Assembly: GCF_006345805.1 (NCBI RefSeq)
Contig: NC_043006.1
Coordinates: 92,814,001 to 92,878,000 of the forward strand
DNA from: Octopus sinensis
Lineage: Eukaryota
Reading direction: 5' to 3'
Length of the DNA stretch: 64,000 nt
Shown in pieces: positions 10,573 through 24,067 of this stretch (positions are counted from its first letter, which is position 1; each line of letters opens with the position of its first letter). The notes below the pieces were generated by a model that did not search any database, was not told where the DNA came from, and saw only the letters and a list, made by a program, of their open reading frames with translations. Both the position numbers and the translations under genes were made by a program.

Positions 10573-12373
10573 TTTTTTTTTCTACCCAAAAAGAAAAGCT
10601 CTACTTTGTAATTTGTCCCCTCTGTGTTCAGCCCTGCGTGGCTAGCAAAGAAACATATTTACGACTATTGGTTTAGCTACTGCTGCTGATGCGGCGTTAA
10701 GTAGAGGAGCGGACATGTGACTACTAATACAGGCTGTTTAACTGGGCTACTAGTTGATATGGTTGGCAGTCAATTAAGGGCGAAGGGGAGTGAGAAAGAG
10801 AGAAGGGAGATGAAGGGGAAGGAGGCAGGTAAGCCCGCCAAACTCCAAGCGTAGGGGTCGAATTTATGTTGGAATATCGAAGTTTATAAACAACATTTCA
10901 CAGTTTTAAGAAGCTATAGTATTCTATCTCTAAACAGCCCGTCGTATTTACGATGACGGAATTTATCTATGACATATCATATTGTACTTAGTACTAGAAA
11001 AGGCTTGCATATTTTTGCAGGGAGCTGTTAAATGAACATGTCATCATGTGAATAATTTCAGCACTACAGAGGACCTATTGGAAGAGGTGGAAGAGAAAGA
11101 GAGATAGAGAGAGGGAAAGAGGCCCGAAGAGAGAGGAGGCAGGTATGCTCGCCAAAATCCTAGCGTAGGGGCGAATTTATGTAGAGAACTCTAGATTTAT
11201 TTGGGAGGACCTAGCATAGCTAAGATATGGAAATTTATGAAATTTATTATTATATTGACGCAGGTGAGTGATTGCTATCACAATTAATACAGTGTTGAAC
11301 AAAATAAAATACAATATGTATTACTCCACTTTACTTTCTTATTCCGAATCTCCCTCATCCAGGTTATCATTCGAATCTCTCCCACCCCAGGTCATCATTC
11401 AGCAGTTGATATATAAAAAAGAAACAACGGCCAAGTTATTATTTCAGTTCCTAAACCATTCTCCACACTCATTTCTACTAACCATTCTTAATGCGTCAGT
11501 CGGGGAAGAAACGTGAGCTCTTTGTTTTTTGCTATAATCCCATAATTGGTAGAATGGAATCTGTTTTATTTAAATCAATGTTGTTGACCAAATATCTACC
11601 ATTAATTAGATCCCGCTAAAATCTCCCAAATGACGATTGGTGTTGTTAAAGCTAGATAAAGTATGATACTGATGGAAAAAGACAGTATCTCAAGATGCTT
11701 CCTAACAATATACATCTACAAAACTCCACTCCATGACTTTCTGTCAAACCAAGATTTATACTAGCAGACATTTATCCGTAGTTGCAACAAATTGCCATCT
11801 AACTATGAAATCGTCTAAATGAGAACTAAACTTCTTAGTTATAAGACTATGCCTATCCGTCTATACACCAAATGTACACAATTTTATCTAGAGTATATCT
11901 TTAACCATTTTCTACTTTGGTGTATGCCTATTTATTTTCTTCACTGCTCTCATAATCTATCTCTACTTTTCCTAACATAATGTCTTACAACATTATGTTT
12001 TATATATAGTATCTTAATCGGACAAAAAAAATTGCTCGCATTTCTATGTAAAATATGTCGATGATTTATCCAGACATTTTCGATTTTGCTGAAGCTTACA
12101 GTTGCCGTTTTCTCACGAGGTGGCTTATATCATATTTTTTTTTCTGTGGTACTTATCAATTGTTATAACAAAAATAGGTTTAGATTTTGTTCTCTGATTT
12201 ATTGGATTTGTTCCATGAGTGTTTTCTCCTTCAAATATTTTTTCTCTGAAAACATTGCACTTCCTCTAGAATTACTATCCACTTCTATAGTTCTATTGTT
12301 GAACTATCCAAAAGAATATTGCTTGTTTGAAAATATTTACGTTTCTCTGAAATGTGTCATTCATTTCTGAAAG

Positions 12374-12434
<61 letters not shown>

Positions 12435-12829
12435 ATGTCTATGTGGGTGTTTGTGCGTGTGTGTATCAATATTTCAAATTTGTGTCAAATTCATTTCCAG
12501 TTCTTTAAGTTTAGAAGATTTTCGCTACATATTAATCATAAATATTTACCAGAATGTATTCGTTACAATTATTTAGCCAACGTCTCTGTTCTCATAATTT
12601 CCATGCATTGTACCATAAGAGTAAGAGACTTATAAAAATGTCCACATGTCCTATACTTGCAGCTAAAAATTAAGCATCTTTAAGAAAAACCTTTCATGGT
12701 GCTCACCGTCGATATGGTGCCAAAATATGTAACTTGTAGTACCTTTACTTACTTAGTCTGAGTTACACTGAAATTTGCATTACGAAAATGCCTAGTAAAA
12801 CACTAACTTGGTTTGTTTCCAAATTATTA

Positions 12830-14740
12830 TTTTGGCAGAATCGTTTGCACGTCAGATTTCGGATGGTGCATCCTAAATCCAGTCGCTACTTTCTTGTTCT
12901 GTCTATTTTGATTAGTTCAATTAGTGTCCAATTAACAATATTGTAGCTGTAACATATAAGTGGGACAAGTAGAGGGTTGATACATATTTTGTTTTTCCGC
13001 ATTGAGCTCTGTTTTCAGTGTTAACCCGACTCGACCAAAGTATTCCTTTCTTATCTACTCTTTCATTTGTGTGCCTGCATCGTATCTAGTTCATTGATAC
13101 TTAAGTATTTGCATGCCTGGCTTTGGTCACATTCTCTTATTTCATTTGCTTTATCTAGTGTGATGCTGCTACTCTTAACTAGTTTTCCTCTTTACAGTGT
13201 TGCTTTGGCACATTTTTCAAGCCAAATTTCATGTTTATTTCTTTGGTAACTTTGGTACTGTCTGTAGTAGTGTTTCCAGCTGTTCATCATTTGTAGTGTA
13301 GTTTTGGGTCATCCATATATATAAGAGATTGCTGATTGTTTTGCCGTAACATTTGTATCCACATCCAGTTCTGTTTAGCATGTCAGGGAAAGGTATCAGT
13401 GCCAAGCAGAAAAGGGGTGGAGAGAACGTGTCTTCCTGGAATATTCCTCTTCTAATGGGGATAGCTTTGGTTTTTATGAGTCCTTCTTTTGTCTGGAGCT
13501 GTACCACTGTCTGCCATTTATTCTTGGAATGTTTTATATATCTTAAGATTATTGGTGCTATATTGTTCATGGCTAGTGTTTCTAGGATACATTAGTAGGG
13601 AATACTATCAAAAGCCTTTCGATAATCGATCCTAGCCTTATTTAGACCCATCTTTCTATGGCCGTCTCTAGTTATGGCTTTATTGATTACGAGCTGATTT
13701 TTACAACCACGTGAGCCCTTGCAGCATACCTCCTTCTCTTCTGAAAACAGGTCGTTTTCTTCCAGATGTTTGTCCATTCTCAGCGATATTATTGCAGTAA
13801 AGGCTTTGTAAAATGTAGGAAGATAGGTTATCCGTCTGTAATTTTGTGGATTTGTCATTTCAATGGATTTGGGAATTATGAAAGTTTTCCTTCTGTAAGC
13901 TATTCAGGCATTGTCTCTATCTCGTTAGTATTTCATTAAATTTCTCAACTAGTTCTTTATCTTTTCCTGTTAAGTATTTTAACCAGAAGGTAGGGATCTT
14001 GTCGCGCCCGGGTGCCTTCCATTGCTTAATTTTTGCAGTTCATAGGTCATTGCCTCAGGAGCTGTGTTCGTTGTTTTGATAGATCTTTTCTGATGTTGTC
14101 TCTTCACCGACCATGTTTCTTTACATAGAGCAAGATACCACTGTTATTTTCCTGTGGTTTATTAGATATCTCACCTCTGTTTTCTGCTATGAGATTACAT
14201 TTATCAGTAATAACTATATTTTCATCGTTTCCTTTGCTGCTGTTTTCCAACACCCGTCTTTTGATAGCTTCGAGCTCTAATCCTGTGGACCAACGATTTT
14301 TTCCTATTTCTCTAGCTTAATCACATAATCTCTGTTCCGTGAGTTGAAGAAATTCTCTTTCTCTCCATTGATCAAAAATACCCTATCGGTATCCCCTAAT
14401 ATTTTTTCTGTAGGGTTGCTCAGGTAGTAACGCTCCATAAGCATAGCATTGACTTCTTTTTCCATGTACGCCGTGTGTGCTGGTCCATTGCTCGATAACG
14501 ACAGGCTGTTGCCGGACCAGTACCTCTGAGCCCACCGGGTGCAACGCTGTCACCATCAAGGGCTTCAGTTTCATTACCAAGTTATTTAAAATATTTTGTT
14601 TTTCATTGTTTTTCATTTTCATTGTCACTCATATGAGGTAGCGATTTTAAGGTTGCGCATTTACCAATGTTTTATTGTGACATCATCACGGGGCTATCGA
14701 TCATGACATTGGGAGATTCTAAATGTTTCCTTTCATTATT
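12830..14740 (-). mobile_element. Degenerate R4/Dong-type LINE, N-terminus through RT, 3' end missing
   Basis: RRTWKKEVNAMLMERYY..EQRLCD, NYRRITYLPTFYK, CKGSRGCKNQLVIN, IDYRKAFDSIPY, RGIFQEDTFSPPLFCL, a YMDD-region relic and MHHPKSDV. The 5' end abuts a TAA-rich tract. Confidence 0.85.
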
Positions 14741-15314
14741 ATTATTATCATCATTCCGGATATTATTATTTTCATTTTTTACTATTTGTCATTGTTATTT
14801 CCTCTGATTCGACATGAGTTTTGGCTTATTGCCATTAACACTTTCGTGTTAGTACTAGGCTCTGGGTTTTATCTATCAATGTAGACAATTTGATAGATCA
14901 CCGTTTCCATAATTAGAAACAAACAAATGTAGAGAAATGAGACAAAGGAACAAACAATAAAATAATATCCAACCCTATTTTTTTTTCCATTGGGACTATA
15001 TATTTGTTTAATGGCTTTGTGATCAATAATGACAAGCTTTTTACGTTTTAATCGATTCGCTTATGTGTGCGTGTGTGTGTGCGCGCGCGCTTGTTCATAC
15101 TTTACTTAATGTTTTCTTTTCGGTTAGGGTTAAAATGTGTTCATGTAAACATGGGGTGTATAGGTAATTAATTAGCTTGCGTACTTACGTGTTTATGTGT
15201 ACTTAATCGGATATAGTCCAACACTTTTAATGAGTATTACTTACTCGAGGGTAGTCCAGCGCTTATTATTATTATCTTTTTTTTTCTTCCAGCGCTTATT
15301 ATTATTATTATTAT

Positions 15315-18300
15315 CTTTTTTTTTCTTCTTTCAAATTTGCTTCCATTTCTTGCCGAGTGTCTTCCCGACTCCTAGGGCAAAGAAACTCATAGTATACATT
15401 GGTAGGCCATTAAACTAAACTCACTAGTTCGTTCATTTTTTTTTTAAGTTAAATTAAAATACATGGGTAGTAATAGTTCTCACATCGACAATGCTCTTCT
15501 CAATACGTGTGATGTACCAGTTAAGACAATCTTTTGCACTTCTTGCAGGGATGGTAAGCCAGGGATCATTCTCATATAATTTTCGGTTCCCTTCTTGATC
15601 ATTCCTAGTGCTCCTACGATCACTGGTATTGTAACCGCCTTGAGATGCCACATTTTCTCAATTTCAATGAGCAGGTCTTTATATTTTCTGAGCTTGTCAA
15701 ACACTTTCGCCGAGATATTATGATAACAAGGGATGCTCATGTCGATCAATAAGCAAACTTTATTGCTTTGGTCTTTCACAACAATATCTGGTTTATTGGC
15801 GTTGATGGTTCGGTCTGTATGTACTGGAAAGTCCCACACAATCGTTACATTTTCTCCTTCAGTTACAGCTTCAGGGTGGTGATTATACCACTTGTTGGCA
15901 GTTTTGATATTGTAATGCCGACTTATTAGCCAGTGTAGATATTGGCCAACTCTGTCATGTCTTAATTTATACTCCACTGGTGCTAAGACTTTACATCCAG
16001 AGATTAGGTGGTCCACTGTTTCAGTCAAGTCGTTGTAGAATCGGCATTTTGGGTCTGCTCCATTTTTCATCACATTGGCCTGGTAGTTCCGGGTTAATAG
16101 GCTTTGATCTTGAGCAGCCAGGATGAAACCTTCGCTCTCTGCTTTTAGCCCTGACCTCCGTAGCCACTGATGGGTTTGTTTCTGGTCAACATCAGCTTGT
16201 TTGCTGCGGGCCACATATTTGCCGTGCAGAGGTTTCTCCTCCCACCTATCAGCCAATTGCTCGTGCGCTTTTTTCGCTGCCATTATTTTCCCCTTCTTTG
16301 CAACAATAGTTGCCGTACTTCCCTCGGGTTGTTCAGTTTGGGTATCCTGCACGAGATCAATAGCAAATGTTTTGCTTTCCTTTTTGATAGAATGAAGCTT
16401 CTTTCGTCTCTCGTGATTTTCCACGAGCTTTAGCATCCAGTCATTCGTTATTTCGAGATATTTGGCCATTCCAATTGTGGTTATTTTCTAAGCTAGTTCA
16501 AATTGGATCAGGCCTCGACCTCCTTGGGCCCTGGGAAGGTAAAGGCAATCTACGTCTGCCTTTGGGTGGTGCATCCTATTACAACTCAGCAGCTTGCGCA
16601 TTTTCCTATCTATATTCTTTACTTCACACACATTCCAGTTCAACACATTGTAGCTATAAGTAACAACTGGAACTGCTAAGGAATTTATAGCTAACACCTT
16701 GTTACGTGTATTTAGTTCAGATTTCAGGACTGCACGAACTCTCCTATAACATTCCTTCCTGATTTTCTCTTTCATGCTTGCATGCTGAATACCAGAGCCT
16801 TCATTTATCCCTAAATATTTGTATGTTTGTTCTTGCTCAAGCTCTCTTATGACTGTGTCAACATCTAACACGACTGAATTTGTGGTCTTCACTTTCCCTT
16901 TCTGGAAAGTGGCCTTGGCACACTTCTCAAGCCCAAACTCCATCTCGATGTCATCGCTGAATGCTTTCACAGTGCGCAATAGGTCTTCAAGTTCATTATC
17001 GTCTTTACCATAGAGTTTTAAGTCATCCATATAAAATAGACGGCTTATTTTTTTATTGACAATTTTATACCCATACCCTGTTCTGTTTAATTCACTTGTA
17101 AGGGGTATTGGGGCTATGCAGAATATTAAAGGTTAAAGTGAGTCACTTTGAAAAATTCCAAAGTTGATGTTTACATTTTCTGAGGCAAGTACTCCATTAG
17201 AGTGGTATAATTGGAGATTCGTATTCCACAACGACATATTGTGCTTCAGGAAGCTTGAAATCACAGGGGAAATTTTTAAGATGTCCAGCGATCTCAAGAT
17301 CCATGGATGCGGTATACTGTCGAATGCCTTTTTATAGTCAATCCATGCGGAGCTGAGATTTCTGCGCTTGTTGTGACAGTTCTCAAGGATCATACGATTA
17401 ATTAGCAGTTGATCTTTGCATCCATATGAGCCTCGGCGGCACCCTTTTTGTTCAATGGGGAAAATATCGTTCTTCTCCATGAATGCATATGTTTTCTCCG
17501 CCAGGATTGATGTTAGGATTTTATACGTGGTGGATAGACAGGTTATAGGCCGATAGTCTTTTGGGAGGTTGGTTTCGTTATTATTTGGGAGTAGGTAAGT
17601 AATACCACTTGCTAACCATTCAGGTGTTTTCTTTGGGTCTCTCATAATTCCATTGAGCAGCTGAACTAGCTTACCGTGTGCGCATGGGAGCGATGCGAGC
17701 CAGAAATTCGGCACCCTATCTTTACCGGGGGATTTCCAATTAAGGGCCTTCGTGAGTGCCTTTCTTAGGTCTGCTATTGTGATGTCTTCCCATGCTTGTT
17801 GTTGTAAATTTTGGTAGGATCCTTCTATTTGTATAATCCGGTCTGCATTTATGTTGTACGTCTTCTTGTCACTCCAAATCCTTTTCCAAAAGTGTTCAAC
17901 TTCTTCCATGGGAGGGGGCTCTTTAACGGTTACTTTCTCCTTCCCTATTTCTCTGTAGAATCTTTTGGCATTGGATATGAACAGCTTATTTTGCTTGTAA
18001 AACTTGTTTCTCTTCTGAAATCTTCGTATTCTTTGGGCTTTTGCTTGGACTTTTTGTTTCGGCGTTTCTTTTATTGATATCAGTTCTTCTCTTGGTGAGG
18101 ATCTAAATTTTCTCTTCATCTTTCTTCCTATTCTGGATCTCACATCATTTCCACATATTAGTTCATTTAATATTGATATTTCCCCTCTCATAAATTCAAT
18201 CGCTTTTTCAATGTTACTTCTCCAGGTGTGATTTCTTCCCAGGTTTGGTTTTCTTTGATTTTTCGGGGGCATACAGCTGGTTTCAATTGCCCTAGCAGAA

Positions 18301-19210
18301 GCGTAAATAATTTCATTTAACTCAGTAAAATCAGGTTTTGATTCTTGTATTATTTCATTTGTTACATAGTTGCCAATTTTGATTTGTTTTTTATTTTGGT
18401 TTGTATTTGAGAGTTTATGAAGTGGTTCTCTATCATTCATACTTGTATGTCTTACAACTTCAAGCGTATTCAGGATTTTCTGCCTCATTTTTGCCATAGA
18501 CTCTCTGTGTTCTTCTGCGAATGCGAGATCTTCAGTTACTGTTGTTTTATCATTTTCCTGGCTATCTTTAACAGGTTCAATAGAATTTCTTGTATCTTCA
18601 GGCCTTTGCGTACTTTGGTCAGATGGCAGTCTTTCAATTAAGCCTCGTGGCGGGCTATACTGTTCATCTGATTCTTCATTTCCTTTGTGTCTTATATTTA
18701 TGTCATTTTCCGTTGCGTGCTTGATCGCACTTATTTCACTGTCTGTGAGTCTGTTATTTCTAAGAATATCCCTCCTCTCATTTGCCAATTTGTTCTCGTC
18801 CAAATAGGGCCTACTGTCTTGATTCCGTGTTCTCCATATACTGTAAGAGTTTGCGGTGTGTCTCTCTTGAGATGGCCTACCTAATGCATAGTAATAAGCG
18901 TATATTACTTCTTGTTCCGCTTACATTTTTCTTTTTGTGGTGGTTGTGGAGGGCTCGAGTTGGGGAATTTCCCGTTCAAGTGACCATCCATGTCCGTATT
19001 CGGAGAAGAGTTTGTGCCAGTTGATGACTTTTCGATCCCAGGGGGACGCGCTTCCAGATTAACCGTAGGACAAGCGATTTGGTATACTGATTTAGTTTTC
19101 CTTTTAGTTTCCAAAAACATTTTGGTGCTACGATAATATTATCATTTTTGAGCTTTGATTGGCTCGTGGGGAGACGGCCATCATTGCCGTTACAATTATA
19201 ATCGTACCAT
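15315..19210 (-). mobile_element. Near full-length R4/Dong-clade non-LTR retrotransposon (single ORF: RT, CCHC, RLE)
   Basis: ORF blocks at 18905-19120, 17133-18803, 16488-17030 and 15480-16469. The 3' end runs into an A-rich stretch plus (TAA)n, and the 5' flank is a TAA/TGA-rich tract. Confidence 0.95.
15480..19120 (-). pseudogene. Disrupted RT/endonuclease ORF of about 1200 codons
   Basis: YRPITCL, EQKGC..GCKDQLLIN, WIDYKKAFDSIPH, GIFQSDSL*PL, FYMDDLKLY, YLG, CRFY..HLISGC, RHDRV, KPDIVVKD..LLIDMSIP..KLRKY. The stops at 17133 and 16488 are in frame (gaps of 102 and 18 nt to the next ORF block); one frameshift near 18915. Confidence 0.93.
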
Positions 19211-19857
19211 TATAGCAGCCGTAGTCGGCTTATTATTGTTATTATCATCACCTTTATTATCACTATTATCATTATCACCACTATTACTATCATCATTATC
19301 ATCATCACCATCGCCATCTTCATCATCATCATCAATGATATTGTTTTATGTGTAGTCACAGCAGTATCTTATTATTGTTATTTTTGTTTTTATCATTATC
19401 ACCATCACAGTAGTGTACGTCTGTCTTTCTCGTTGGCTGGCTGGGTGGTTTGCTGGCTGGCTGTCATCAACGCCAGAATTCTTGCCTCTCAAATAATACT
19501 TTCCTATTTGGTTAACATCTAAAGAGCCGAGGTGAGGTTTGTGCTGGCTGAACTTTGTGAGTGTGTGTGTGTGTACGTGTGTGTAGATAGATAGATAGAT
19601 TATCAGCACTATTACTATCATTATTATCATCATCACCATCATCACCATCATCACCTGTGATTTTCTTTTTCCTTTTTTTTTTAGGTGGAGTCCTATCGGT
19701 CAAAAAAGTTCAAATGTCTACTCCTACAAGCGTTAAGAAAAATTAAGGAAGGGCTGTTCTGTATTGTTTATGAATAGAGAAGTGGTGTTCGACCAGAGAG
19801 AATCTTAGCATCATTATTTTTTTTCATATGCGTTTGTGTTATTGCAATAAAAAGTGT

Positions 19858-19859
19858 TT

Positions 19860-19918
<59 letters not shown>

Positions 19919-19920
19919 GC
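19858..19920. repeat. (TTA)n at the 3' end of the 19925-21560 element
   Basis: Visible run. Confidence 0.95.
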
Positions 19921-19924
19921 TGTT

Positions 19925-21560
19925 GTTGAATGAGGCAGTAACACATGCCATCAAAGTGACATTTGCGGTACAAATGTACAAAGCCCAATATACCCATCAT
20001 GACTACCTGCACGATAGAAGCAGACTAGGCACATATGCGCGCGATATGGTGATCTCATATCAAAGAAGTTGCCTCAACTCGGTCGCAGAATATAGATGGA
20101 ACATTTCGGTAGGTTCAGAACGAGTCTCAGATCCAGTCTCTTTCAGTCTTTTAGATAGCATATTGGATGTCATGCCAAGTGCACCAGTTACCACATTAAT
20201 AATTAGTCTTCCACAGTCTAATCTAGCTTCCCAGGCTAGATTTTATGTTTCTCAAGTTTTTCAGATTGTCTGAGAATTGCAAAACTAATGATCTCACACC
20301 GTTTGCATATTTTCTCCTCTATAATCATATTTGATTTTCTTGGTTTCATAGTATGGTCAGTCTTTATGGGTAAGTCACGTAAGATCTTGTACTTCTCATT
20401 TCCTATAGCAGACTCTGTGGAGGCACATAGCCTAGTGGTTAGAGCAGCGGACTCGCGATCGAGGGATCGCGGGTTCGAATCTCAGACCGGGCGATGCATG
20501 TGTTTATGAGCGAAACGCCTAAGCTCCACGCGGCTCCGGCAGAAGGTAGTGGCGAACTTCTGCTGACTCTTTCGTCATCTTGCAGCTCACCTGCGACGGA
20601 CCGGCTTCCTGTCAAGGTGGAAACCGGGAAACCGGCCCTAATGAGCCAGGCGTGGCTCGAAAAGAAACAATAGCAAATTCTGCTTTATTTCGAAGCCACA
20701 CACAGTGTTTTACCTACACAATTTTGCTCACGCTTATACTCTTTATGTGTAAACTTACTGCACTGACATAAAAGACGATTGATACTTCCCTCACCATTCC
20801 TGCACATTCTACATTTGCTTTCTGAATAACATTCGTCAGACTTGGCGTTTTATACATTCATCATTATTGGTTGTTTCTGAGCGGCTACAATTAGCGCTTG
20901 CCTCTTTCGTTTCGGGTTTCTATCTGTTAGCCACAACCAACGTTCTTTACTTCCAGAATCCTGGCTTTGTTAGCCATGTAATCCAATGTCTGTCCATCTG
21001 CTTGCTATGTTCTTCTTTCTGTTCTGGAATTCCCCTACCCTTTCAATAACATTTTGGGCATCTCTCATTCTCAGCTCAATTCTGTCTTCACTCCACACAA
21101 CATCTCCGTTTAGTAATCTTCAGCCACCTTTATTACTTGGCAAATAGAGTCTGTCAGTATTAGTTTTAAGGTAGCCTACGTTGTGCACTGTGAGAAGCTT
21201 TATAGTTCTGTAGCTCGGTCTTTGTCTATTTCAAAAAGAGAATTGTGTATCTGAATGTGTCAAATGTTTTTAATGATTTGTTTCCATTTTGTTTTGAGCA
21301 CCTTCTCGGTTCTCGTCTTGAACTCTTTTGAGATTTTCTCTCTCATTTATCCTTCCACTATATTTTCGGCTTGCAGCACCTCTAATTATTTGCATCGCTT
21401 TATATTCCTCAGTGATGTGAGGATCTTGGTAATTTTATGCCATCAGAGTTTATCCGGTCTCATTTCATAATTAGCAATGTGCACCTATTTACTCCATGCG
21501 GCATTTCATTCTCCATGATGAGATTTTTTTTAAATTTTGTTTCAATTTTTGTCGTGTTAG
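19925..21560 (-). mobile_element. 5'-truncated degenerate R4/Dong-type LINE between two (TAA)n tracts
   Basis: Minus strand relics TDRLYLPSNK, KPETKEA, KCRMC..CSKFTHKEYKR and KYKILRDLPIKTDH (ILWDFPIQTD homologue). (TTA)n at 19858-19920 and 21562-21630. Confidence 0.8.
20411..20669 (+). mobile_element. Second tRNA-derived SINE family, inserted in the Dong relic
   Basis: A box TAGCCTAGTGG, B box GGTTCGAATCT, probable 6-bp TSD ATAGCA (20405-20410 and 20670-20675). Confidence 0.8.
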
Positions 21561-21561
21561 G

Positions 21562-21580
21562 GTTATTATTATTATTATTA

Positions 21581-21630
<50 letters not shown>
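21562..21630. repeat. (TTA)n microsatellite
   Basis: Visible run. Confidence 0.95.
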
Positions 21631-21633
<3 letters not shown>

Positions 21634-24067
21634 TACCAGAGGGCATGATACATTTTCCACTAAATATTCTCAACTCAGCTCCTCCCATTTCTGAATATTT
21701 TTCTTAGATGCAAAACCGTATACTTAATATAATGCAACATTGAAAATTTGTCCAATTTTATATATTTCTAGCATTCTTCTCCAATTCAATTACCATAATT
21801 TTTTTCAAACAATTATTTTATTACATGATTGTCTTCTGACAGATTCGGGAAGCATATTACAATTTGCAGCCTTGATTGCGTGCAAATTATATCAAAACTT
21901 CGAATTGCGTTTGTTCTTTTTCCATCCTACAATTTACGTAATGCATATCTCTTCCGTCAAGTTATCTTTACGTACATTTTCTGAAGTTTTATGTTATTTC
22001 ATGAAATCATGTCAGTTCATAGACTGTTCATCAAACGCTATTGATTTCCCTTTTGTATTCTATTTAGTACAATAACAACTATGCTAAAATACAATTCTGG
22101 ACATCTGCTAAAACCGTAGTTTATGCTCACGTGAGAGCTTAAACAGATAACTACTGACGTTCATATTCGTATTACAGTTATTTATTTATTTATTGGCATT
22201 ATTTCACACTTGTTCAATTACGTTTCTTTCACTCATCTGCAATGACATTTCACGACGCCTATTGTCATGAAAGCAAATTTCAAAGGCAGAATTAAAGCCT
22301 TTATCACAAAAGAACAACCACATAACACTGCTGTAGCGTTTCATTTTTGTTAACCATGCAGTGGAAGTGATGCTATGTGGCAATTTATTGTCAACTTTTA
22401 TGTTTCATATTATCTTTTGAACAGAATTTATTTTTGTGATTCTTTCGTAATTCTACATTGTGCATGTGACTCTTTATGTATGTTTGTATGCATGGGTGTA
22501 CTTGAATATTTGTGTGTTTTCATCAACAAATGTCATAAAACTATTGACATGACACACTCTGACATTTCACGGGAAAAGTGTTTTGCCAGAATGAAAGCAG
22601 TCATCATTAAACAGTTACATCCCGAAAATCGCCTGTTAGTAGCTTCCGCCAAGTATGGAACTTACTCTCTAGCAGCAACACAGGGGATTTTTATTGCTTA
22701 CCATTACAACTACTTATATCATGTACTTATCTTAGGTTTATCAATTAATTTCTAAAAGGAAATAGTCAGAAGTATATGCTTGCTACATAAAAAAATATCA
22801 GCCGAAATTGAAATAACATAAAATCGTTCGAAGAATAATTTTGAACATAAAAGTTTCGATTTTTTTAAATAATCAAAATATTACTCCTAAGCTTCAATGA
22901 ATTCTAAATCGACTATAACACACGAACTTTAATCGATTATTACTTTAACATCTAATCTTGAGAATTTACTGTGTAAATTTCCATATATGTAGCAGGAAAA
23001 TATTTTCAGGGTAGCTTTCGTTACTGCCTCTCTATTAACTATGGTGTTGATAAAAGTTTTAGTATAGCAAGGGTGGTATATTACCGACCGAGCATTAGTG
23101 CAAATGATAAAATTTGGTTCTCTTTCACCATCAACCATTTTGTTATATTCCAAACTAAGAACGTCAGTGAATAATTAACTATGAAAGTGTTTATCTTTAC
23201 TGACGTTCTTCCTACGATTATTTAGTAAACAAAATGGAGTATAAAATTGATCCAGCCGTTTTAAAATATAACTTCAAAGCAATATATAAATTATTAAAAT
23301 ATTTTAAATTAGAATTAATTATTATTAGTTATAACAAGCTATATTTTCGACTGTGGCCTATCGTTTTTCTGTGCTGCGCTTGCGGAAATAATCTAAATAA
23401 AAATTTTAATAATGGCGAAAAGTCAAATATTTTTGGAGGAACTAAAGCTTTCAAAACGAAGATCAGTATTGAAATGGGTGTTTAATTTGATCGACTTCAA
23501 AATAATGGAATGCAAAATTGGTCTCAGTGGAAGCAAACTCACTGTGTAATGAGCAATTACCGCATGGTTGATGCTACCATTCCATTAAAATATTTACTAG
23601 TTAATAAGTAAAACTACAGCATGCTTTTTAAAAACGCACACTTTATTTGACCGTTTAATCATTTATAATCTTATTAATTTATATTTCAGACAGTAACGAC
23701 AAATAGAAATAATGTTGATATTACAAAATACAAAGATTCTTCGAAAAAGTGGATAAAAGTTATGAAGTTTCAAATTATAAATTTAGTATGTTTGGAATGC
23801 AATTTGATGATGCTTATTCCAGTAGGCGTTTGAAGCAGCACGAGAATATCTTCCATGCGACGCGAAGTTACTGCTGTCTTCATGTTCACTTTTAAAGGTA
23901 GATTTGTTATTGTTTCGTTCTCGTACTTCTCTGCCTCCCGCTAGGGCAGCCCTCTGCTTCAATAAACACGACGGGCATGAATAAATTATATAATCAACTA
24001 ATGTTCCCTTAAATTGAAAAGCGATACTATAAAGTCATATTGCTGAGCCTACATTTTTGTACGTAAC

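Noticed and set aside
20411-20490. tRNA gene (also 24068 and 26127)
   Set aside because: A/B boxes are present, but each continues into a repeat body and I saw no complete cloverleaf; these are SINE heads.
20800-20845. CTGACGA..GAAA on the minus strand
   Set aside because: Within the Dong coding relic; stem III mismatched.
23790-23900. C2H2-like CLEC..LKQHENIFH
   Set aside because: Needs a frameshift and gives non-canonical spacing; single isolated motif.
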